Of a stretch of DNA of 64,000 nt, positions 51,669 through 59,797 are shown piece after piece (the first letter of the stretch is position 1; the number at the start of each line of letters is the position of its first letter). This stretch comes from an uncultured archaeon (lineage in GTDB: Archaea > Thermoplasmatota > Poseidoniia > MGIII > CG-Epi1), in the NCBI GenBank assembly GCA_964389465.1, contig CAYMDK010000004.1, positions 15,034-79,033 on the forward strand, given 5' to 3'. Under the pieces are notes generated by a model. It was not told the origin of the DNA, ran no database searches, and worked only from the letters and a program-made list of their open reading frames with translations. The position numbers and the translations under genes are program-made.

Positions 51669-53225
51669 ATGAGCCCGGCCGAGAGAAGAGAATCAGCTAT
51701 CAAAAAGATACGGGGCAAGGTAAAGAAATTTAGAGAAGAGGCAAAGAAACCAAGGGAGAGTATAACTTCCAAGACCTCTATGTTCAGCATAGTATCATGG
51801 TCATTCTATGATCTCGGTAATACTATCTTTTCAATCTTGATTGTTTCATTTTACTTCACTCTCTGGGTTATAAATGATAATGTAGGCGGTTCTGATTCAG
51901 ACTATGCTTATGCTAACGCAATTTCCATGGCTCTGGTTTTTATCACAGCACCAGTTATTGGCGCGCTATCCGATCAAGCAAATCGTAGAATGCCATTCTT
52001 GTTTTTCACAACACTTCTTTGTGTTAGTTTTACGGCTCTTTTAGGATACGAAAAGGAGGGATGGGATAAACATACAACGCTCTTTTTCTCGTTAGGTTTG
52101 TTTGTCCTTGCTAATTATTTCTATCAAGCCGGTTTGATTTTTTATGATTCTACTCTAGCTACAATTTCGACACCAGGAAATAGAGGTAGAATTGGGGGCA
52201 TAGGTATAGGAATCGGTTACGTGGGTTCCTTAATTGGTGTCATTGCAGGATATGCACTAATTGAAATTCTTGGTTTCCCATTGCAAACAGTCTTTCAGGC
52301 AACAGCGATGCTCTTCCTGATTTTTGCAATACCCTGTTTTGTTTTTGTTAAAGAGAACAAACAAGATAGTTTCTGGCCAGGTTTAATGGTTATTTTTTCA
52401 TTTCTCTTAATTCTGATTTTTGTTTTATTGGATAATTCACTGAAATTTGTTCTGCCTTTTGCAGCAATTGCATGTGGCTTCGCATATTTCTCTACGCCGT
52501 CAACTCCTTTATTCCGCGACGGATCAATTGTGAAAGCAGTTTCTGGCACACTCAAACAGTTACGTAAAACAATATCCATGGTAGACGATTTTCCAGGTCT
52601 AGGGAGATTTCTTGTAGGTCGAATTTTCTATACGGATGCGGCCAACACAGCTACAGCCTTTGCCGCAATTTATGTTAGTGAGGAATTTGGAATGACAACT
52701 GCAGATATTGCAAAGTATATGCTCATAGGAATACTAAGTTCTATTGTCAGCGGTTTTTTGTGGGGTTATCTTGTCGATATTGTGGGTCCAAAAATAACTT
52801 TGAATCTAGTTTTGTGGGTCTGGTTTGCGACATTTAGTCTATTAATTTCTACGGTCTGGTTGGGACTACCAGTATGGCTTATCTGGGGTGCTCCCTTCTT
52901 GGCAGGAATAGCTCTTGGTGGAACATGGTGTGCAGATAGACCATATATGCTTGTTTTGACACCTCCGCGTTATATTGGTCAATTTTATGGATTATACAGT
53001 ATGGTAGGTCGTTTTGCAACTATCATTGGCCCTCTTTCATGGGGGATAATAGTGGATGAACTCGGTCTTGGAAGACCAGCAGCAATCACATTTCTCTTTA
53101 TTATAATGATAATTGGTTACATCATTCTTCAGGGAGTGGACGATAGCCCCAGGGAATGGCCACCTGAACTTCAGGCAGATTACGAGCCCGAGCCGCCCCG
53201 CGGCGCCATCGGCCGCTCGCGTTAA
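51669..53225 (+). CDS. MFS transporter, Atg22/UMF1-like paralogue with strongly AT-shifted codon usage
   Basis: SIVSWSFYDLGNTIFSILIV parallels the N-terminus of the upstream gene. ATG 51669 lies 19 nt after the upstream stop. One 60-nt line (52081-52140) counts 20/60 G+C. Confidence 0.8.
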   Translation: MSPAERRESAIKKIRGKVKKFREEAKKPRESITSKTSMFSIVSWSFYDLGNTIFSILIVSFYFTLWVINDNVGGSDSDYAYANAISMALVFITAPVIGALSDQANRRMPFLFFTTLLCVSFTALLGYEKEGWDKHTTLFFSLGLFVLANYFYQAGLIFYDSTLATISTPGNRGRIGGIGIGIGYVGSLIGVIAGYALIEILGFPLQTVFQATAMLFLIFAIPCFVFVKENKQDSFWPGLMVIFSFLLILIFVLLDNSLKFVLPFAAIACGFAYFSTPSTPLFRDGSIVKAVSGTLKQLRKTISMVDDFPGLGRFLVGRIFYTDAANTATAFAAIYVSEEFGMTTADIAKYMLIGILSSIVSGFLWGYLVDIVGPKITLNLVLWVWFATFSLLISTVWLGLPVWLIWGAPFLAGIALGGTWCADRPYMLVLTPPRYIGQFYGLYSMVGRFATIIGPLSWGIIVDELGLGRPAAITFLFIIMIIGYIILQGVDDSPREWPPELQADYEPEPPRGAIGRSR

Positions 53226-53244
53226 TCCGGCCGCCCGCGGACCC

Positions 53245-53250
53245 TTTAAA
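53245..53250 (+). promoter_or_regulatory. TATA-like element (TTTAAA) for the acyl-CoA dehydrogenase gene
   Basis: It lies about 25 nt before ATG 53272. Confidence 0.35.
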
Positions 53251-53271
53251 CCGCGCGGTGGTGCCGTGCCG

Positions 53272-54456
53272 ATGGCGCGGCAGATTGACCACTACCTGCA
53301 ACGGCTGGTCACTGACGACCAGCTCATGTTCCACCGGGCGATGCATGACTTCGTCGATGAGAGCATCGCACCGCGCTGGCTCGAATGGGAGCGCGGCCAC
53401 GCGCTGATTCCCGACGACGCCATCGCGCAGATGGCCGAAATGGGGCTGTTTGGCGTCACCGTTTCCGAAGATTACGGTGGGCAGGGCGGCTCGCAGCTGG
53501 ACCTGCTGCTGATGGGCCTAGCGCTGGGCTACCAGTCACAGTCGCTCGCCATCACGCCGGGCGCCGCGCTCTCGCTCGGCGCCAAGCCGCTCCAACTCTG
53601 CGGCAGCGACGCCCAGAAGGCGGCGCATCTCCCCGACCTGGCGGCCGGCAAGCGCATGTTCGTCTTCGGCCTCTCGGAGCCGGCGCGCGGGACCGACGCC
53701 GCCAACCCGCAGGTCAGCGCGACGCGCGACGGCGACGGCTGGGTCATCCGCGGCGAGAAATGCTGGTCGACCAACGCCAAGTGGGCGTCGCACGTCATCG
53801 TCCACGCCCTCACGGACCCTGACGGGAAGCCGGGCCACCGCTCGAGCTGCTTCATCGTCCCGATGGCGGCAGACGGTGTCCACTATCAGGAGATGGTGGG
53901 CAAGGACCTGTGGGAACAGTCCTCGACCGGCTCAATCATGCTCGACAACGTGCGCGTTTCCGAAGGTGACCTGCTGGGCGAGCTGAACGAAGGCTTCCGG
54001 GTGATGGTGACGACGCTCAACGGCGGGCGGCTCTTCATCGCCGCGCTCTCACTGGCGTCGCTGGCGTGCGCGCTCGACCGCGTCCGCGAATACGCGCAGG
54101 AGCGCGAAATCATGGGCGGGCCGCTCGGCCGCTACCAGCGCGTGCAGGACGTCGTGCTCGACATGGACATCGCGCTCGAGCAGGGGCTGACATGGCTGGT
54201 CGACCTCTGCCGGCGTTACGACGCGGGGACGCTCGACCGCGAATCGGCCGCGAAGGTCAAGGTCGAATGCTCGCGCCGAGCCAGCGACCTGCTGGCGCTG
54301 GCGATGGAAGCGTGCGGCGGCGTTGCCTGCTTCGACGAGTTCGGCCTCTCGCGGCACCATCGCGACCTCTTTGTCTGCCGCGTCGGCGAAGGCTCCAACT
54401 TCGCGCTCAAGGGCTTCGCGACGCGCCCATTGATGCCGTCGATTACGCTGGACTAA
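53272..54456 (+). CDS. Acyl-CoA dehydrogenase
   Basis: FGLSEPARGTDAANPQVSATRDGDGWVIRGEKCWSTNA and LNGGRLFIAALSLAS are present, along with C-terminal helical-domain motifs. ATG 53272 is preferred over the 53113 ORF opening, which overlaps the MFS gene. Confidence 0.85.
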   Translation: MARQIDHYLQRLVTDDQLMFHRAMHDFVDESIAPRWLEWERGHALIPDDAIAQMAEMGLFGVTVSEDYGGQGGSQLDLLLMGLALGYQSQSLAITPGAALSLGAKPLQLCGSDAQKAAHLPDLAAGKRMFVFGLSEPARGTDAANPQVSATRDGDGWVIRGEKCWSTNAKWASHVIVHALTDPDGKPGHRSSCFIVPMAADGVHYQEMVGKDLWEQSSTGSIMLDNVRVSEGDLLGELNEGFRVMVTTLNGGRLFIAALSLASLACALDRVREYAQEREIMGGPLGRYQRVQDVVLDMDIALEQGLTWLVDLCRRYDAGTLDRESAAKVKVECSRRASDLLALAMEACGGVACFDEFGLSRHHRDLFVCRVGEGSNFALKGFATRPLMPSITLD

Positions 54457-54493
54457 GTGCGGCTGGCGAGAAACAACGCCACTGGAAACTGTT

Positions 54494-55993
54494 ATGACGA
54501 CCCCCTCGCTGGACTCATCGATGCGATTTCAGTCACGCTTCATGCAGCTGGCGATGGTCTTCCTCATCGTTTCGGCAAGCGCCCTCGCTGGATGCCTCCA
54601 GGACGCCACACCGCCGCCGCCCCCGCCCGAGGAGCCCTCCCTGCCGGACGGGGTCTTCGTCACCGGGCCCGACGGCCTGGCAGTCGATGAACCGCCCTTG
54701 CCGCTCAGCTTTGTCTTCAGCGATGTGGGCGAGGACGGCGCCGAGCCGAGCATCGGGGTTACCTCGAGCGGCTGCATGTTTTTCATAGCGTTCGAGAAGC
54801 CGATGCGCTCGTGTGATCATGGTGAAACGTGGGTGGATACAAGTGATGGTTCACAAGCGTTCTTCACCAACGACCCGTATGGCTGGGTTGATCCAGTCAC
54901 TGATCGAGTATTCAATATTCATATGATGGGACTTTGGACCACTTGGATTGGTTGGTCTGATGATGATGGGGAAACTTGGGAAGCGAATCCTCATGACTCG
55001 GGCGCGCCAGTAAACGACCATATCAAACTCGGTTCAGGACCATGGACTGACGAAGGATATGGAATGCAACCTTTGCGTTACGAAAGAGCTGTATACTTCT
55101 GTTACAACAAATTACTCTATATCTCCTGCTACACCAGTTATGATGGTGGTGCTACATTTGAAGCTGGAGGAAACATTGTAGGTATCGCTACCGATAATGG
55201 AGGATTGCATGGAGCAATCACGACTGCACCAGATGGTACTGTCTATTTACCTCCTCGAGTTCCAACACCGACAATCATTTTTTCCAAGGATAACGGCCTT
55301 GAGTGGGAGGAACGCACGATGGGAGAGGATGTGGGTACGCCAAATCCTCGTAAGAATGGTGAAGTTGCTACAGACACCGAGTCGAATGCTTACAACATCT
55401 GGGTTGGTAGTGATCAAGGTGTCTATATGTCACGAAGTATAGACTCTGGCAATACTTGGGAACAAACAAGTATCAGGATTAGCCCCACAGAAGTAATCTC
55501 AGCGACATTCCCTCATACCTCTGCTGGGGACCCTGGACGAATTGCGATTACCTACCTTGGAAGCGAGAACGCTAGTGCACTAGGTCAGCCTGATATCGAT
55601 GGAGAACCATGGGACGGTAACGCACACTATGCGCCATCTAACGTGAGTCACTATCTCTATGTCACCTATTCCCTGAACGCGCTCGACCCGGAGCCGGTGT
55701 TCCACACCGTGCGGGTCTCCCCCGACCCGGTTCAGGTCGGCAGCATCTGTCTCAACAGCGGTGACTGCCGCAACATCGGCGGCTCGAACCGCAACCTGCT
55801 CGACTTCAACGACCTGCATATCGACCTCGAAGGGAGAGTCTACATCGCCTTCGCCGACGGCTGCACTGGCGAGTGTGCCACCAAGGAAAATGCGCAGCCG
55901 GAGGATTCGCGCAGCCGGCGGGGTTCGGTCTACTACCTCGGCAGCGGACCGAGCCTCTACGAAACGGTGGGCGAACTCTCACCGCTAGTTTGA
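54494..55993 (+). CDS. Secreted or lipid-anchored BNR/Asp-box (sialidase-fold) beta-propeller protein
   Basis: The lipobox-like signal is LIVSASALAGC, followed by a Pro-rich linker. Five Asp-boxes are present: SCDHGETW, SDDDGETW, SYDGGATF, SKDNGLEW and SIDSGNTW. Confidence 0.75.
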   Translation: MTTPSLDSSMRFQSRFMQLAMVFLIVSASALAGCLQDATPPPPPPEEPSLPDGVFVTGPDGLAVDEPPLPLSFVFSDVGEDGAEPSIGVTSSGCMFFIAFEKPMRSCDHGETWVDTSDGSQAFFTNDPYGWVDPVTDRVFNIHMMGLWTTWIGWSDDDGETWEANPHDSGAPVNDHIKLGSGPWTDEGYGMQPLRYERAVYFCYNKLLYISCYTSYDGGATFEAGGNIVGIATDNGGLHGAITTAPDGTVYLPPRVPTPTIIFSKDNGLEWEERTMGEDVGTPNPRKNGEVATDTESNAYNIWVGSDQGVYMSRSIDSGNTWEQTSIRISPTEVISATFPHTSAGDPGRIAITYLGSENASALGQPDIDGEPWDGNAHYAPSNVSHYLYVTYSLNALDPEPVFHTVRVSPDPVQVGSICLNSGDCRNIGGSNRNLLDFNDLHIDLEGRVYIAFADGCTGECATKENAQPEDSRSRRGSVYYLGSGPSLYETVGELSPLV

Positions 55994-56001
55994 AACAGGT
56001 G

Positions 56002-56592
56002 ATGGGCAGCACCATGGATGTGGTAATTCGCTGTCCGTGGGCGGGCAGTGACCCGCTCTACCTCGCCTACCACGACACGGAGTGGGGCACGCCCAACCGC
56101 GACGGGCGCCGACTCTTCGAGAAAATAATCCTCGAGGGCGCCCAGGCCGGGCTCTCATGGATCCAGATCCTTCGGCGACGAGAGAATTACCGCGCCGCCT
56201 TTGATGGGTTTGACCCTGTCAAGGTTGCAGCTTACACCGATGAAGACGTGGAGCGCCTGGTGCAGGATGCGGGTATCATTCGCAACCGCGCCAAGATCAA
56301 GTCCGCGATCAACAACGCCAAGGCCTTCGTTGCCAACTTCGAGAGCGAGGATGCTTTCAACGCATTCATGTGGTCCTTCGTTGATGGAGCTCCCATCGTC
56401 AATCAACGTGAACGGATGGAGGACATCACTGTCACCACCGAGGCGAGCACCGAGATGAGTAAGGCGCTTAAGAAGATGGGATTCTCCTTCATCGGACCGA
56501 CCACCTGCTATGCCCTGATGCAGTCTGCGGGAATGGTCGACGACCACCTCGTCTCCTGCTTCCGGCACACTTCCAACCGGACAGCGCCCTGA
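56002..56592 (+). CDS. tag: DNA-3-methyladenine glycosylase I (Tag)
   Basis: RCPWAGSDPLYLAYHDTEWGTPNRDGRRLFEKIILEGAQAGLSWIQILRRRENYRAAF and GPTTCYALMQSAGMVDDH are present. The sequence is collinear with bacterial Tag. Confidence 0.9.
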   Translation: MGSTMDVVIRCPWAGSDPLYLAYHDTEWGTPNRDGRRLFEKIILEGAQAGLSWIQILRRRENYRAAFDGFDPVKVAAYTDEDVERLVQDAGIIRNRAKIKSAINNAKAFVANFESEDAFNAFMWSFVDGAPIVNQRERMEDITVTTEASTEMSKALKKMGFSFIGPTTCYALMQSAGMVDDHLVSCFRHTSNRTAP

Positions 56593-56645
56593 ATAGGGGG
56601 CTGTCGAAACGGACAGATATTATGGGCCTGTCCGACGACCATCTG

Positions 56646-56655
56646 AATTAAATTA
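56646..56655 (+). promoter_or_regulatory. TATA box (AATTAAATTA) for the 56673 gene
   Basis: Centred about 22 nt before GTG 56673. Confidence 0.35.
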
Positions 56656-56672
56656 GCACTCCCTGACCCCCC

Positions 56673-57038
56673 GTGGAGTTCGAGGCCCTGGTCTGCTACA
56701 GCCAGCTACTCATCCTGCTGGTGATTGCGGTCGCGTACCTCTACCACTACCGCCCCGGCCCGCACGCTAAATGGACCTTCTCGGTCATCGCCTGCGGGCT
56801 GCTGCTGTTCCTCGACGCGCTGCTGCTCCCGCCTGGTGGCTGGCCGCAGCTGGCGCTGAAGGCGGTGATGGTCGTCGGCGCCATCGGCTGCCTGCTCGCG
56901 GCGCAGTGGGTCGTTGAGGACGCCCCCGAGGGGTCGCCCGGCTGGTGCCCCGAGTGCGACACGCCCTTGCTCGAGGACGGTTTATGCCCGGCGTGCGGCC
57001 ACCTCGACGCGCACGCGGGCGGCCTCGATTCGGGGTGA
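56673..57038 (+). CDS. Small membrane protein (3 TM) with C-terminal zinc ribbon
   Basis: Hydrophobic segments are followed by CPECDTPLLEDGLCPACGH. Confidence 0.45.
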   Translation: MEFEALVCYSQLLILLVIAVAYLYHYRPGPHAKWTFSVIACGLLLFLDALLLPPGGWPQLALKAVMVVGAIGCLLAAQWVVEDAPEGSPGWCPECDTPLLEDGLCPACGHLDAHAGGLDSG

Positions 57039-57044
57039 GTCTGC

Positions 57045-57054
57045 TTTAAGTTAT
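57045..57054 (+). promoter_or_regulatory. TATA box (TTTAAGTTAT) for the 57073 gene
   Basis: Centred about 24 nt before ATG 57073. Confidence 0.35.
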
Positions 57055-57072
57055 CCCGTTCGCTCCCCTGCC

Positions 57073-57309
57073 ATGCGCCGCCGCGAAGTCCCCGACGCTA
57101 GCGCTCCCGCAGCCGCCACCGACGGCGGCTGCGCGGTCGAGGGCTGTGATGAGGCGCCGCAGCGGTCGCAGCCGCGTTCCCGCGTGGTGGAGGCGCTGCC
57201 CGAGCTGGAGCTGGCGGGCGGGCGGCGCGTGAAGCTGTGCCGCGACCACTACCGCGCCTACCGCCGTGCGTCGCGCGAGACGCGGCGGCTCGACCGGATG
57301 GGCGGGTGA
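57073..57309 (+). CDS. Small basic Cys/His protein (possible zinc-binding DNA-binding protein)
   Basis: 78 aa with CAVEGC...CRDH and an Arg-rich tail. Its own TATA box and a GTGA overlap with the downstream membrane gene support it as a real gene. No family recognised. Confidence 0.35.
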   Translation: MRRREVPDASAPAAATDGGCAVEGCDEAPQRSQPRSRVVEALPELELAGGRRVKLCRDHYRAYRRASRETRRLDRMGG

Positions 57310-58814
57310 GCGCTGCCGCAATCTGCCGGGCGGAGCTGCGCAGCGGCTGGCGCCGCTTCGCGCGCTCGGTGGGGCGGCGTCCGCTGGCGACCGTCGTGAT
57401 GGCTGCGCTGGCGCTGCTGATGGTGCTGGTGGGCGTGCGTATCATTGCCTTCGTCGCGATGCGGCCCGAGCAGTTCCCCGACGAGGGGTACGGCACGATT
57501 CTCCTGCTGCTGTTCGTGCTGCTGCTGATGCGGTCGGCCGGGATGACTCAGCGGCATGCGCTGCGCGCCCGCGAGGTGGACCTGCACCTGACGCAGCCGG
57601 TGGCGACGCGCAGCGTGATGCTGGGGCAGTTCGGCGCCGTCGCGCTCGGCGCGACGGCACTGGTCGCGCTGGGGGTTGCGCTCTCGCTGCTGGTGCGCTG
57701 GGGCGCCGATATTCCGCTCGTGATTCCGGCGCCGTTCTGGACGTTGCTGGCGCTGTTCGCGCTGCTGGCGCCGCTCTGCGGCTTCCTCTTCTCGTTGCTC
57801 GGCAACCTGCAGCCGCTCTCGCGCAAGCTGCGCTACCTCGCGACGCTGGCGCCGCTGCTGGTGCTGCTGATGTACCTCGCCAGCTACGCGCATGCGGCGC
57901 CGGCGCTGGTACAGCAGGTCTCCGCCGCGGCACTGCTGCTGCTGCTGGGCTACCTCTGGCTCGCCGACAGCCTCTACCTCGACGCGGTTGCGGCACAGCG
58001 GCTGGCGACCGGCACGACGCTCAAGTGGCGCGTGATGGAGCTGCGCTGGCTGCGGCGGCTGGTCGGCCGACGCGTCGCCGCGGTGGCGCGCAAGGAAATC
58101 ACTTCGGCCATCCGCGAGCGCGATTTCCTCACCGCGACGCTCTCGACGCTCTCGATTTCGGCTATCCTGCTCTTCTGGTATTACCAGACCGGCATCCCCG
58201 GCGAGGAGGTGGGCGACCTCGCGCCGCACCACTACTACCCGGGGCTGCTGGCGCTGGCGCTCTACATGGCGGCACTGCTGCAATGCACCCTTGTCGGCGC
58301 GGCGCTGCTCGGCATCGAAGGCTCCCGCTTATGGGTGCTGAAGGGGCTGCCGGTCGATTCGCACACGGTGATGCGGGGCAAGGGGCTGGGACTGCTGCTG
58401 CTGGCGCTGCCCGGCATCGTGCTGGTCTGGCTGCCGCTGCCGCTGTTCGCCGAGTTCCCGTGGCAGGTGACACTCTTCTTCGGCGAAATCGCCATCGCGC
58501 TGACGCTCGCCAATGCCGGCCTCGGCCTGTGGGCCGGCGCAGCTTTCGCCAGCTTCGACGAGCACGACCGCGGCAACCCCGACGTGCTGACGCAGTTCAT
58601 GCTCATCGGCGCCTCGGCGTTCATGTCGGCACTGCTGGCGCTGCCCCCCGCGGCGGTCATGCTGATGTACTCGCTGCCCGACGGGACGCGCTACGGGCTC
58701 GGGATGGTCGCCGGAGCGCTCTTCGCCCTCTGCGGCTACGGCATCTACCGCCTCGGCGTGCGCAGCGCCGCGGACGCCTACCGCACCATCTGGATTGACT
58801 CCTACGGCGCGTAG
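57306..58814 (+). CDS. Polytopic (~12 TM) membrane protein, possibly ABC-2-type permease-like
   Basis: This frame of ORF 57237..58814 is Leu/Ala-rich with regular hydrophobic segments, whereas the alternative frame 57266..58798 is Arg/Ala/Gly junk. GTG 57306 overlaps the upstream stop. Confidence 0.6.
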   Translation: MSAAAICRAELRSGWRRFARSVGRRPLATVVMAALALLMVLVGVRIIAFVAMRPEQFPDEGYGTILLLLFVLLLMRSAGMTQRHALRAREVDLHLTQPVATRSVMLGQFGAVALGATALVALGVALSLLVRWGADIPLVIPAPFWTLLALFALLAPLCGFLFSLLGNLQPLSRKLRYLATLAPLLVLLMYLASYAHAAPALVQQVSAAALLLLLGYLWLADSLYLDAVAAQRLATGTTLKWRVMELRWLRRLVGRRVAAVARKEITSAIRERDFLTATLSTLSISAILLFWYYQTGIPGEEVGDLAPHHYYPGLLALALYMAALLQCTLVGAALLGIEGSRLWVLKGLPVDSHTVMRGKGLGLLLLALPGIVLVWLPLPLFAEFPWQVTLFFGEIAIALTLANAGLGLWAGAAFASFDEHDRGNPDVLTQFMLIGASAFMSALLALPPAAVMLMYSLPDGTRYGLGMVAGALFALCGYGIYRLGVRSAADAYRTIWIDSYGA

Positions 58815-58815
58815 G

Positions 58816-58836
58816 ATAATATTTTTTTAATATTAT
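58816..58836. terminator. AT-rich perfect palindrome ATAATATT-TTTTT-AATATTAT between convergent genes (bidirectional terminator candidate)
   Basis: An 8-bp inverted repeat flanks a T5 run immediately after the stop at 58814. A second hairpin, GGCGCTA(12 nt)TAGCGCC at 58914-58939, follows the minus-strand gene. Confidence 0.4.
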
Positions 58837-58957
58837 TTGGGGACCTTACCGACTATGGCACAGTATTTTGCCAAACCTGCATGAAAACACCCCTCCCCCT
58901 TGGAATTCCTGCAGGCGCTACGACGGACGAGATAGCGCCAGCGACTCCTGCAGAGGT

Positions 58958-59644
58958 TCATGATACCCGTTCGCGGTGGTAAGTTTCCAACTGTTTGTTC
59001 GCGTTGACGATGGTCGAGAGCCGTTCGACGATCTTCTCGAGTTGCAGCCCGGCAAACGCGAAATAGAGTTCGTCGTCACCCAGTTCGGTGTAGACGCGGT
59101 TGCCGATGCAGCCGAGGTTGGTGGCACTCAGCCCAGATTGCATCACTTCGGGGATCGCCGCACAGGTCGGCCGTCCGACCATCGAGCTATGGCTGGCCAC
59201 GCCCGCGGCATGAGCCGCTTCGGCCAGTACCATCATCTGCCGGGCACTGCCGCGGACGAGCACCACGTCAGGTTCGAACGTAGTCTCGGCCAGGGGTGCG
59301 TAGCTGACGACACCGAAGGGCTCCTCGCGTCGCGGGATCTCCGCGACCTCCTGCATCTCGAGGTACTCCAACTCGACCATTGTGCCGATCACGTCCTCGA
59401 GCTCGGCACCCTGCTCCTCGGGCAGGTCGATGCCATGGGTGTGCGCGCCGATTGGGCAGCCGTAGTGGTCTGTCGCCTCGGTGTAGAATGCCTCTCCGTC
59501 GGCGGCGCGTTTCCAGTATCCGCAGCCGGCCGCGGCCATCTGCTCGGTCCGCGGCAGATCCTCGGGCGGCGTGTCGAGGAAGGCCACTGCCACCGGGTGG
59601 CGTTCGAGTTCGAGAATCTCGACGAGTTGTGTGGCTGCATTCAT
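58958..59644 (-). CDS. DUF169 (COG2043)-like protein
   Basis: HPVAVAFLDTPPE..AAGCGYWKRAADGEAFYTEATDHYGCPIGAHTHG resembles the DUF169 N-terminal pattern. Recognition is from memory only. ATG 59644 is preferred, with TTG 59650 as an alternative. Confidence 0.55.
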   Translation of the reverse strand: MNAATQLVEILELERHPVAVAFLDTPPEDLPRTEQMAAAGCGYWKRAADGEAFYTEATDHYGCPIGAHTHGIDLPEEQGAELEDVIGTMVELEYLEMQEVAEIPRREEPFGVVSYAPLAETTFEPDVVLVRGSARQMMVLAEAAHAAGVASHSSMVGRPTCAAIPEVMQSGLSATNLGCIGNRVYTELGDDELYFAFAGLQLEKIVERLSTIVNANKQLETYHRERVS

Positions 59645-59797
59645 GCTCAAGGGCTCCTGCTGTAGTTGAGAGGGTCCAACCCTCGGTCGGTTCCGTTCAA
59701 CAAAATCACGATTCCGACATCGGGGTTGCAGTGCCGGGTGGATTTAGGGTTTTCTCGGGCGGCGCATAGCGCTTAAGCCGCGGTGGGATGGGGTTGT

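Noticed and set aside
57266-58798. 510-aa alternative plus-strand frame overlapping the polytopic membrane gene
   Set aside because: It is extremely Arg/Ala/Gly-rich, whereas the 57306..58814 frame gives regular hydrophobic helices and a coupled GTGA start.
58837-58957. Tiny ORF (MAQYFAKPA) and hairpin in the 143-nt convergent spacer
   Set aside because: Nine codons with no promoter or conservation evidence. The hairpin and AT palindrome are better explained as terminator structures for the two convergent genes.
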